Shown one piece after another: positions 40,001 through 51,767 of a DNA stretch of 64,000 nucleotides (position 1 is its first letter; every line of letters begins with the position of its first letter). The notes beneath the pieces are model-generated. The model was not told the origin of the DNA. It saw only the letters and a list, made by a program, of their open reading frames with translations, and searched no databases. Source of the DNA: Styela clava (lineage: Eukaryota); assembly GCF_964204865.1 (NCBI RefSeq), contig NC_135251.1, forward strand, positions 24,056,001 to 24,120,000, in the 5' to 3' direction. The translations under genes and the position numbers were made by a program.

Positions 40001-40050
40001 TATATTACTACCATATGTACAGATTCACATAAAAGACACCATCATGGCGG
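37003..40050 (-). mobile_element. Degenerate Tx1/L1-like LINE: ORF1 zinc knuckle, APE endonuclease and start of the RT region; 3' part missing
   Basis: CRFCKKSGHVQRDC (CX2CX4HX4C). Endonuclease motifs SLVTSKVNGL, SLQQIH, IINAYVP, VDVYRRKYP...TYT, RRIDR, TDH. KSPGLDGI precedes RT. Many stops and frameshifts. Confidence 0.85.
39472..39925. mobile_element. Non-autonomous DNA element (P- or hAT-like) inserted in the LINE 5' region
   Basis: Imperfect TIR gaggcgcagttctta / ttaaaactgcacttg. 8-bp TSD tagtcgaa/tagtcgga. Empty site cacttagtcgaattg near 30190. Related copy at about 46545-47010. Confidence 0.75.
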
Positions 40051-41420
40051 AAAAATCTTTTTTCTTTTTCATATTTTGAGCCGTTTATTCTGTATATTCA
40101 TTTCATTTTGCTGGACTAACGCAGAGAGAGATAAATGTAGTTTTTATTCAGCGACTAAGAAATCTTCTCGCGACACACATTTTATCACCAGATTGCTTTG
40201 AAAAACGTTTGTCAAGTGACCCACTGTACCCCAACTTGTTGGGCACATTCGGACAGAACCTTGGGCACAATGGGGCATTCTGTCCAAATTCAACGAAGTG
40301 TGCTCCTAAAAATAAGCAAATAATCAGAATTATTACCTAATGGACAGGGAGACTTCAAATTTGAAGATTTCAGATTTTTAAAATCAAAGTTCAACCAAAA
40401 TATTTCAGATTTTTTAAAAAAAAATCCGGAAAAAAATGTAATTATTTCCTTTTTCGAATCTGAATCTGGAACTGTTTTTGATGTTTGAATATATTCCATA
40501 TTGGGCCACGGGCCGAAAGATACCATAATATCACACAAATTATATGGCATCTTTAGGCCTCTGAGCAATTATTGTATCAAACCCTGCCGAATTGTGCCCA
40601 GCAGGGCATGTCCCACTGAACCCCGGTTCATTGTTCCCTATAAGAAACAAATATTTTCAGACCATCCCACGGCAAAATTAGAAAAGCACATCTACTCGCC
40701 AACGGTATGAATATTTCACGGTGGACTAAAGCTAAAAAAATAAAAGAGGCTGGTTTGTCCTGTTGGAAAGGCCAAGTAGAAAAAATAAAAAACTGGAATA
40801 GTGAAATTTTAGTTTCAACCCCCCAAAGCAAATTTCGGCTAGCCATGCGTCGCTCTACACGGTCGTTGTCCGTTTGCAGGGACGTTGTAACTCACACAAG
40901 GGCGGATTCAAACATCGAAACGCAGACCGGATTCCGGATATAGTATGAGTGTGAGAGTTGATTTTCCACTGTGCCCCATGTTTCCTCTACTGACTTGAGA
41001 ATTTTTTCTAAAGCATATTAACAATATAGATACACACTGAAAAAATTGTATCCGGAAGAGGAAAATAATAGTAGGGATATGATGAAGACGTACAAAAACA
41101 TAATCAAACACTGTATTTATATCATTAATCCTGTAATAAACAAAAAAAATTGTTCTGTCATGCATGGTTGCGTTTCTTCAATTTCATTGTTCTTTTGGGT
41201 ATTTGCTTTTTTAGGGTTTTTCTAGTTATGGTATCTAATAATGTTTTGAATGCGTGACTTTAGAGCTAGTATAATGAAAATGTTCTTTGTGTTCTTTGTA
41301 TAATATTCAACAAATCTTCGCCTTCAAATGGTTACCAAAATATAGTTTGGAATGCATTGGGAGTAGTTCAATTTGCATTACAATACATGGATTGTAAGGG
41401 ATTATACAGACATTTTAAAC

Positions 41421-42188
41421 CAGGGGTGGGCAACTTCTCTAGTCGGCGGGCCAGACGTATGAAGTACTCGGCGGGCCGGATGATTACAAAAAATACTTCG
41501 GTATCCAATCTTTATTAAATGCTCATGGTGATGCTCTGGAATATTATACTGTCTATCTTGATACATTCTGGTTTAAACAAAGAATTATTCATAACCTTTT
41601 ATTTGTATGGATTTGGATTAATCAAGAAAAGCATGCAGCAGAGCGGAGCGCTTTCGCGATGAATCGGAACCGGAAAAGTGTGATTACTCATTGCCAAGAC
41701 GTCGCCGGGCCACTAATACCGCACTTATCAAACACCAATATGACACGGAAGAGAAATTGCGTTATAAACCAACGTAACTTCGACCTATTAATCAAGAAAG
41801 GCATGCAGAACGGAAAAAGCACTCATGCTGATTTCCAGGCTTCTGAATCTTGCGAGATTTGACCAAGCGCTTTCGCGATGAACCGAAAAGTATGATTACT
41901 CGGCGCCAATACGTCGCCGGCCATCGCGCACTTATCAAACAGAAATATGATGGCGGAATTGGCGGAACTGTTTTTGTGGATATAGATTATGTTTATGGAA
42001 TGTCTACAACGTTTTCTGCTTTGACCTTATATTATTTGTTTAAACAAGTGTGCTAACGCAATTGTTTGTTCACTAAGGCAATTGTTTATTTCACCAGCTT
42101 GCACCGACAGTGCCACCTTACAGGGTGCGGTTGGATACAGTCAGCGGGCCGGTCAAAATATCGTCGGGCCGTATGTTGCCCACCCCTG
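41421..42188. mobile_element. hAT (Charlie-like) non-autonomous element
   Basis: TIRs caggggtgggcaac / gttgcccacccctg. 8-bp TSD ttttaaac/ttataaac. Internal direct duplication at about 41648-41735 and 41866-41950. Confidence 0.82.
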
Positions 42189-42415
42189 TTATAAACTATG
42201 CTTTGTAACTTACACCGTTTCAACATTATACAAATTTATACTTGTCATAGCAAATACTTGATATCCTTACTACTACTAGCCTTAGAGATTTGATTGCTGA
42301 AACGAAAAAAAAAATGCTGTGGAATATAAAGAGGGTCGTTGTCACTGCCTGAATCGAGTCTGACTTAATGTTAGAATTTAAATAAGTTCATTATATTTAT
42401 TTCACCGACCGGGTA

Positions 42416-42680
42416 GACTTGATAAACAGTTTACAAGTTTCTCCATGTATTATATATATTCAAACAATCTGATAAAAAATTAATAATTAATGAAAACAAG
42501 CTTATGACCTATTTCCTATTCTACCCTTTCGTAAACAACTCCGCGACTTGACGAACAGTTTACAAGTTGCTCCATTTATTATATATAGTATATTTAAACA
42601 GTCTGATAAAAAATTAATAATCAATGAAAATAATGATATGACCTATTTCCTATTTTACCATTTCGTAAACAGCTCCGCGC
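42416..42680. repeat. Two-copy tandem duplication of about 130 bp
   Basis: gacttga..aacagtttacaagtt...ttcgtaaaca.ctccgc occurs at 42416-42544 and 42545-42680. Confidence 0.85.
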
Positions 42681-43033
42681 TGGTGATTGTGGGGACTAAT
42701 ATTCTTGATAGACCGCGCCTACACATACAATCCTAAAAAGCGACACTGTTGCGTGGCGTTGTATAACAGTGACCTATTTTCATTTATAATCAAGATTGCC
42801 ACGCCGGGCTATAATAACAGCTCAAATTAGAATTAAGTATGGACAAATAAATACACACGGCTATATTTCATGCTAATTTAGTATTGCCAGATATATGTCT
42901 TTAGTTTGAATATCACAGCGCAAAATATATATATATATTACAACTGATTGAAAATGTTTAGATGTTATTATTATTCCATTTCAACCATAAACCTCTAATT
43001 GTCAAGATGGCCACTTCTTCATTTTTAGTGTTT

Positions 43034-43214
43034 TCAAACAAATCGATGTGGTTGTAGCTCACACAAAGCCCGATATGTTGAACAACAAGTGCAATAGTCG
43101 ACTTCACTAACAATCTTGCCTTGACCCGTAATCGCCGGGTTCTCCAGCATCTGACGGAGTGTTGTTGGTTGTAGATGCGACACCATCAATCCACATCCAC
43201 GCGCCGTTGCCCAA
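43034..43214 (-). pseudogene. C-type lectin pseudogene remnant (duplicate of 31368-31804)
   Basis: GNGAWMWIDGVASTTNNTPSDAGEPGDYGSRQDC* then, after a frameshift, DYCTCCSTYRALCELQ. Confidence 0.75.
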
Positions 43215-44303
43215 TTAACCGGAATTGAAATTGATAAATCAATTAGTTAGAAGAGCGATTTTTTCCGAATAACAAAAAGAAAAACTCGACAACAATAATT
43301 TAGCAAAACGATCCATATGTAGCCTACACATCGTGTCCAACAAGGAAATCTGTTATAGATAAATGATGCAATGGGCACTAAATTTTTTTTTTTTTGCATG
43401 TCGTTTATCATTCCCGTCGGCTGATCATGTCATTTTGGAGGGTCACTTATCATGAAAAAGTTTTAATACCATATTGCAGCATGTGATATTATAACAACAC
43501 GAACCTGAATAGGGGACAAAGCGGATTTCGAATTTTGCTTTGCCACAGAGATGATTCTTAAATGCAGACCAAGGAAATTTTAATAATGAAAAAGAGTCCA
43601 CGATGGGGCTATTGTTACATCAAATGCAGTTCAGATAGATATGCAGTTTCAGAATGCATAATTGTTTCGTCATGTATTTTGGTTTCCACACAGGACATGG
43701 ATGCGTCATTTTAAAAATATATGATTCGCCTAGGTCAGTGTTACCAAAGTCAGGGGTTTTGACTGAGGGCCGGGTATGACTCAAACTGTGTTGAAACGAG
43801 CCGGATGAAAACTTTTGTCTATGCAATAAATTCACAAAAGTTGAGAAATCCATTCAATTCATTCAACAATATATATTCAACATTTCTGAATAATAAATTT
43901 TAGCTATATCGCAGAATATAGACATCCTAGGAAAAAATAAAGTGGAAAAATATACAAGATTTCCATGTCTAGACAACTGTCAGTTTAGCTGTTATCAAAA
44001 CGTTGATGTCATAAATTAGGAATGTTACAAAATCCGCTTTTTCGCGCCGAAAAAATGTATGCATCACGTCTGCTAAGTACCGTTATGACGTGATTATAAA
44101 AAGCTTGTAATTTTGTGACTTCTTGATGTAATTTGGGCAGTCAAACAATGCAGTTGGACATAAAATATTTATAGAGATTGTGACATACGGATGCTTTATT
44201 TAAAACGAAAAATCAGTGGATTTATAGGTCGATAGAAGAACGAAGCAATATATCACAGGAGGATACAGTTTTCGGACTCTTACTTACGTACCTTTCGTGG
44301 AAT

Positions 44304-45362
44304 ATGATTAACGTTCCAGAAATACCATATACTTCAGTAACTTCTGATAGTAATAGAGAATTTGGAACGTCGTTTCCGGGTTGGGAATTATACCAAATAT
44401 TTTGTGCACCGTTGGCGGCCATTGCCCTATAACCCAAACTGTTTTTTGCTTTATAAAACTGAAAAAGAAAGGCAGCGTTACTGACACACGATCTTCTTCG
44501 CAAGCATTCGCAACAGTACGCAAGCACTCTCAACGTGATGATGGCCCTGGCTGCAATTTCTGGTCTTCTCCGGTCAGGATTCGATTTTTTTTGGGTGCTG
44601 AAACGCTTCAAGGATTTTTCGTGTCAGTTTTCGTCCAAATTCAAAATAGCTGCCTATGCTTTATTTTTGTTGATAGTCTATTTAATCTTATGGCTTCGGC
44701 AAAGAATATTTTACCAGCATCCTCAGTTGAAGCATCTTAGTTCACGAACAATCAAAATACTCAGTTGGACAATGAGCATCGTGCTTGTAATAGGAGTATT
44801 CTTCACCGGAGTACTATATCTCGTAACTGCTATCTATATAGGAACTCCGATCGGATGTCAAGTTGTGAAAAACTCTTGGACGTCAATTCGATATTACGTG
44901 CTAATAATCGTAACGGTATTCTTTCAAGTGTGCTTGCTCGGCCTATATTCATACCCCCTTATACAGCACAAGAGAACGTCTCGAAGCATTTCACAAAAGA
45001 AAAATTTGGTCATACCTCTTATAAGAAGGGCAGAAATCGCGGCTGGATGCTGTGTGGCTACAGACGTAGCAATAGCACTGATTTTTCTTAGACCCATTTG
45101 GAATGGACAAGTCGTCACTTTGTCAACTTTGCTTTACGACGTTAATAACATCGTCAACCTGATAGCAGCAATATTTGCATTCCCAAACTGGAGAAATAGA
45201 CTTATGCCATGGAAAATTGGCGAAGAGGAGAAGGCTCGTTTGGCTGGAAATGAATCGTCAACTCAAAACCAGGGCACTAGCGAGACAAACATTTCGTCAG
45301 TAGTACGAGAAACTTGCTTTGTAGCTTTAAATAATTCGCTACCACTGGGTTCAACCATTTAG
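44304..45362 (+). pseudogene. Frameshifted duplicate of the 7TM gene
   Basis: ATG at 44304. A 10-nt deletion after IA gives an immediate TAA (about 44430). A further 6-nt deletion and 1-nt insertion follow. The original TGA has become CGA, extending the frame. The residual ORF is 44535-45362. Confidence 0.8.
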
Positions 45363-46316
45363 GTCAAAAAGTTTGTTCAAATTCATGTTGATATTAAATT
45401 TATTTTGTTTGTTGTTGTTACTACAGGGAATTATAATTACAAACTATAATACAACAAGTACACATTGTTGGGAAACAGATATATTTATTTTATCAAGTAG
45501 AGAAGTTGTTTAGTTTTAATATATACGTTGTTGAATTGTTTTTATGAAAACCATATTTTGACAATTTTTCTCCCGACATTTGTAACAAGTTTCCATTTTT
45601 CTTGCCGCTGAAAAATATTTTAAATATATTAAATATATATAATATGAATTGCTCGACTAAATAAGTTTAAAATTTAAGGGAACGCGCATGAATGTGGTGT
45701 AGTCCAGTGGTTTCTGACCGCTGGTCCGCAACCCATTTCTAGTCGCTTTTGTGCCGGTCCTCGAGATGCTTGACCAAATCCGCTGGTGCAATTATAGTCA
45801 TCCTTATATGAGACGTTATAATTTTATATTATGATATTATTAACTTTTTTAAATTAAAAAAAGCGCGTATATTTACTTTTAGAATTTCGACATATTGAGT
45901 TGATAAAAAGAGTTTGGATAGCCCGGCTCATGATTGGACATTGAACAATAAAATCTTTTTATCGACACCTTACCATCTATTTGCAGACAATACAAGCGAA
46001 CGAAGTAGTATAGAATATTTTTCAAAACCGTGCGCAGAATTAGATTACCTTTGTAAAACGCCATCGTCGTACGCGTTTTATATTTTCAAATTTTGCTCGA
46101 ATGTTCCCAGCCCACGTGGATGTAAAAATGTGTACTAGATTCTAATTGTTTGCTAGAGCTGTTTGTTGTCGAATCATTTTTGGTGTTTGGTGATGGTTTG
46201 TTCTAGTCCACGCCAAAACATTGGAGTATGTTACTCAACCACAAGCTATTATTTTTCGTTTCACTAATTTCAATATTTAGTTACCGGTCCGTGAGATACT
46301 TTTATTTGATTTAACC

Positions 46317-47508
46317 CAGTGGTTCCCAAACTAGGGTCCGCGGACCTTTTGGGGTCCGTGAAGTACTTTCCGAGGGTCCGCGAAAGAAATCTGTTGGATG
46401 GCTCAAAGTTTGATAATGCAAAAATTAACTGCTCAAATTTGGAAAAACACATTTATCGCATTATGATGCTTTACAATCTCTGCTGAGGACACTGATTCTT
46501 CACTTTTTGTTTCGATTAGGCCTTCCCGATTGTGACGTCACAAAGCTATGGCAGCTCCTGCCACGAACAAACCGCGGCGTCTCATGCCATGGTTTAATGG
46601 CGCTATAATTTAGTAATCAGTATTATCGGCATATTAACAAAGTCATGCGCCGTATTTTTGTTTAATATACCAAAAAAAGTACCAACCTACTCATTGTTTG
46701 TCACCAACAGGGGCAGCCCTGCCAATACATCCGACATGCCTTGGTTACGGCATCAAAATTTTACCCGACATGATTTTTTAATTTGCTGCCGTGGTACCGG
46801 TTCGGGGCAGCTAAAAATTCAGTCGCCGTGGTTTAACCGGAGCTCCAGAAGTAATCTATGTGCACCAAGATGGCGCACAACCTGAACATGGTATTGTGTA
46901 CCGGTTAGGGTTCAGGTCGTGCGACATTTTGGTACATATGCTTCTGGAGCGCCGTTTAGCCATAGCGCAAGTGTTTGGAAATCCCGCTAAATACTTAAAA
47001 CTGCACTTGGAGGAGTAGATGGCGCTGCCTTTTTGCATGCTTGTTGTTATAGGAGAGAATTACAGTAGGTAGTTGATAAAGTATGCCACTCCGTTTCTAA
47101 ATGCTGATTTACGCTTTTGTTTTGAAAGGTGGATAGCGTTAAATATAGCGCAGTCAGAAAGGCACTACGTTTTAGTTTTTAGATGTCAAATTTAGTCTTT
47201 GACACACGGTAACGGTAGGCATATATTTTTACGTTTTCAACTCTGTATTATCAATTTCAAAATGTCTTCTAAAATTAAAATTGAGATAATCGTATGTAAT
47301 TTTATCGTGATAAACGCAGGTGGAGATATGTTTTGCACTACACCGTGTGGAGCATTTATTTTTGTTGTGATCTTGTTTTATGTGATATCTTTCTGTCTTT
47401 CTTTGATAATGTTTTATTTTAGTCAATTAGGGCACAGGGCCGCGAAACAAAAACAAAATTGCAAGGGGTCCGTCAGACAATTTTTTTGAAAAAGTTTGGG
47501 AACCACTG
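46317..47508. mobile_element. Nested hAT-like element
   Basis: TIRs cagtggttcccaaact / agtttgggaaccactg. TSD atttaacc/atctaacc. Empty site visible near 35787. Confidence 0.82.
46839..46953. mobile_element. Short Merlin-like MITE (innermost nested element)
   Basis: ggagctccagaag...cttctggagcgcc hairpin. TSD gtttaacc/gtttagcc. Confidence 0.8.
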
Positions 47509-47706
47509 ATCTAACCGGTCACGAAGGTAAAAAGGTTGAGAACCACTGGTGCAGTCTAATATACGACACTTAAAAAAGATTCTGACTTAATTGTAAGATG
47601 CGGAGGTGGCAAAATTAATAATGCACGGATATTGCTATGCGGATCGAAAACTCATTAATCACTCATTGCTACTCGTTTCTTAGATATTGTAATTACAAAA
47701 CAAAAC

Positions 47707-47816
47707 GGCGCTGCCGAAGTATGTGCACTTAGATGGCGCACAACCTGAACCCTAACCTGGTACACATACTATTTTTAGGTTGTGTGCCATCTTGGTGCAC
47801 ATACTTCTGAAGCTCC
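47707..47816. mobile_element. Short Merlin-like MITE
   Basis: Same hairpin family. Absent at the homologous site near 35985. Confidence 0.8.
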
Positions 47817-48413
47817 GAAAAACGATAAGTTGGGTTTTCCTAAACAAATAAGTTGTGCTGGAGAGGTCTCTCACAAATATTTTTTTTTTTAACTTTTGTT
47901 TGATTCATTTTGTCGGAATTTACCTACATCGAGTTACAACGCAATGCCAAGAAGCAATTCATAATGACAGCAATGTAAGTTTAGTAAAGTAAATAACATC
48001 CAAAACAATAATTGAGAAATGTGTGCAAGGCAATGTGTAAACACAGAGTCCAGAAATGGACTTTTGAAGGAAACCCAATATGACGTTACAGTCAATTTTC
48101 CCTTGTTGATTCGATGAAATATGATTTCATATTATGTCGTCACAAATTATAAATGAAGTCCCCTCAACGAAATCCAGCGAGCGCAACTTGCCACTAACTA
48201 ACATATTGTGTTTTTTTAACCAGTTGCTACTATACGTGAATTCTTTTGACAATATTTTATCTTGAAGAGCATCTAAAGTAGAATCTTTTGCATACTACAT
48301 CGTGAAACATCAAAAATAAAAATTAATCTATCATTAACAAATCTGCTACATCCCATAATCAACAACTTTATATATATTCATATAAAATTATGAGATACTT
48401 GGGTTTCACTTAC

Positions 48414-51400
48414 CTGATTTCAAGTTATCGTCGTCCACATGTAGAAAATCCAAGCATTGAAAAGTAAATTTACCGTCATCATCTATTTCACAATAGCTGT
48501 AACCTAAAAATTCTTCATCGAAACAGGAAACCTTTATTTCTGTTGTTAATGCTTCTCCCTGTTGCGTCTGTGAAATGAATAAAATGATAAAGTATACTAT
48601 TATTTGCATGAAATTCTGGAAAGGCCTTCAAATGTTTGTTTTACTATCATGACTGTCAAATCGTTGAATAAATGTCAAATATATTTAAATTTTAATTTCG
48701 ATTTAGCTTTCAGTACAATAATTCTTTTTGTATTATAATGGAGGTAAATTTGAATACTTCATTGTTGCCGGAAAATAATGCGTTTTCATGTACCTGGTAA
48801 AATGAGTCAGAAACTAGTGGATCAGGAAATTTATTCAAAAGCGTCATATCTCCTCTCATATCTCTCCGAGATGATTTTTTTGAGAAATAGTTGGCCAGTT
48901 CGTAAGAAGTATAAATGCAATATTTCTGCAAGACAAAAGAATTAGTAATATTGGTTTTACAATACAATAGTAATAGTAGAATTTTTCGAGAGACTTACTT
49001 GAAAATATTTACCAGACACATACTATTGAGTAAGAATTTATACATAAAAATGAGCGCTCGCGAAGTATGTGCACCAAGATGGCGCACAACCTGAAGCCTA
49101 ACCGGGTACACATACTATGTTCAGGATGTGCGCCATTTTTGTGCACATACTTCTGGAGCTACAAAATGTTTTTTAATTAAACACTTGAGTCGTATTAGTC
49201 GGTGTAATGAGGTTTTAAGACTGAAAAGACGCAAATACAGAAGAGTAGAAATCCAAACGAAGACTAGTTTAAAACCCTATTTACCATGTTAGTTATGTCA
49301 CACAAAATGACTTCAAAATCAATCAGTCCACATGACTCTTCCGGAACGAATTTCCCCTTTTGACATTTGACCTTTGAACTGCCTTTCAGAATATAGCCAT
49401 CATTACATAACACGTAGCAAGTTTTGTAAAAATTGTTTCGTATTTCATCTTCACAGGTCGTAACATTTCCCGACTCTATTGAAGCTATGTCACAATAATC
49501 GATCGCATTCCAGCCTGTGAAATGTTTAGAATATCATAAACTTGGTCCCCGTATTGACATGCAAGAGATTGATATTGACCAAGCAGGACTCGAAAGAAGC
49601 ATATTCAAAAAAAAGATTGTCTTTTCGTTGACTTCTCCCACTTTATGAATATTATACGTTTTGTTGGGAAAGGCTCATAGATAGCAGCTACCTATGGTAT
49701 ACTCATTTTCCTGCTAAAATATATGTAGAGTATAAGCTTTATAATTACTGGCGATGTCAATTTATTTGATGTCAGTTTTCCAAAGGAAAGAAAACTACGT
49801 CCATATTGTTATCTCATGTTTATAGATTCCAAGCAGTTCGATGTATACACTGATGCAGCTTTGAATGTAAATAGTTTCTTCTCCAACGATACAACTACAA
49901 ATAATCTCTATATTCCACTTACTATCATAAGTAGCATTAAATCCTCTGAAATTGAAATCGCCATCGCTAATAAATTGTATACTGACTCGATTTGATTTAG
50001 AACGATATTTTGCATCAAAAATAGGAGTATAGAAATAGACACCATCTTCATCTTTCCCATCCTCAAAAATCTAAAATTTTTTGTATAAGTTCTCTACAGA
50101 AAACAAACATGAAACACGCTTTTCTTCAATAAAACGTTTTAGACTTCCATTTTAACAAGACCCTTGACAAACTGTCCAGTTATGCGTATTTAAATGCTGG
50201 CTTTGAGTGGGACGCAATTTTAGCTCCATAAACGTCCCAAGTTCTTGAACCTTGAATAAAGTCATTGCATAATTTCAAATTAAGGAGAGTAAGGTTTGGG
50301 TCGTTTCTAGTTTGTGTGCCCAACTCACAAGAAGGATCTATCTATAATATTTTTGCGTATCATGGCGCTTGACCTCGAGGTATGTTAGATAAAACACCAG
50401 CATGAAAATGTCACAATTACAAATCATCACGCTTACAAATTATTTTTTAGCAAAAGTATTATCTTTATGTTGAGTATAAACTTATTTCAACAAAGGCAAT
50501 TGACAGACAGCAGAGAAAAATGCCAATGCAGTACAGCGATTTCAATTCAAAATGCCCTACAAATCATGTTTCGAAACAGTTTAAATCGAGTATATATACA
50601 AAAAGATAAAAGTCAACAACACCAGTAATATAATTATTTTTCTTCAAAAGCTGTAATTTTTAGTTTTCACATTTCTCAATTCTTACCACCAAGTAGTCAT
50701 TTCTAGTTTCGTTCCATGCCAAGAACCGATCGTCAATTTGAAAATCCGCAAAATTGATTTCAATAATATGTCCGGAATTAACTTCGATCTTCCACTCACA
50801 AAACTGGTTTCTTGGGTAGTTGAGTGGATATAGAGGTGATGTGAACCATCCTGTTGTCGATGTAAATATATTTTTACCGCAGACATCATCTTAATACAAA
50901 ATATTAAAATGCTTTAATTCAATGTTAACTTCAAACAATAAAGGTAGGCATATAATGATTGTTCCGTATTAGCATTTTCAATTTTTTCTCATACCCTCAC
51001 GAATACATATACCTTCTTACAACATTCTATGTAAAGCTATTTAAGTAAGTTTATGGAGCAAGATATTAATTTAAAGATTTCATGCATTCCTAACACTGTT
51101 AGGTCTTAACTACGGACATTTGTTTTTCATACCTTTCATAACATTTTGCTTTAATTTGGAGTTGAAATGATTATATTAAGATTAGATAGGCTCATTTATC
51201 GACTCGATTCAAGTGAGACGTGAGACATCATTCATCGAAGAATAACAGTGACTCGAATTATCTAAATGCAATAACTCGCATTCGTCATCAATTAACTGTC
51301 AGTGAGACTTGACTTGGATTCGGACTGGAATCACCCGTGACTAGAATAGATTCGCATTTTAAAGGGTTCTACTCAACACAGCTGAATATGCAAGTATGAG

Positions 51401-51767
51401 GAATGAAACTGTCATTAGTGACAAAAAAACTCATAGTGACATGATCCGATCATATCAGGTTTTGTAATTCGATCGTTCTGATAACCATGAAAGTGAATCC
51501 GGATCGGCTTTTGAAATTCGGGAATATATGTTTGAAGAATTTATTGACAAAAAGACATATTTTCCTATGAAACGTACAAAATAGTTTTCAATGCTGCATG
51601 CTGGAAGAGAATTATATCTCGTCGATATGATTTCTGCCACAAATGTATATTATATTGATCTCAAAACACAAATGTCAAAACAGTTTAAAGGATTTGTAGT
51701 AGATTTTACCTTCTTCCGCATTAACCATCCACATCAGTAAAACACATATACAAAATGTTGTTTGCAT
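48414..51767 (-). CDS. Paralogue E: secreted CUB + sushi-like protein with an acidic variant of the C-terminal Cys module; last exon not identified
   Basis: Exons 51767-51710, 50889-50687, 50070-49923, 49514-49285, 48925-48794, 48567-48414, all GT-AG and in frame. Clear sushi motif CNDGYILKGSSKVKCQKGKF. No CxxCRA exon found downstream. Confidence 0.8.
49053..49161. mobile_element. Short Merlin-like MITE in intron 4 of paralogue E
   Basis: Same hairpin family. Empty site cataaaaatgtttt at 36961. Confidence 0.8.

Larger units (their letters stand above)
45705..47548. mobile_element. hAT-like element hosting nested insertions
   Basis: TIRs cagtggtttc / gagaaccactg. TSD gtgtagtc/gtgcagtc. Confidence 0.8.
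39340..49201. repeat. Segmental duplication, copy 2
   Basis: Colinear with 30040-37002 but expanded by several TE insertions whose empty sites are visible in copy 1. Confidence 0.85.

Noticed and set aside
40215-40990. GC-richer block with repeated gggcaca/tgcccc motifs
   Set aside because: Probably a DNA transposon fragment, but I could not define a left terminus or TSD.
47900-48200. Candidate last exons for paralogue E
   Set aside because: None of the AG-led frames gives the CxxCRA..C pattern, and none is conserved in the duplicate near 36020-36170.
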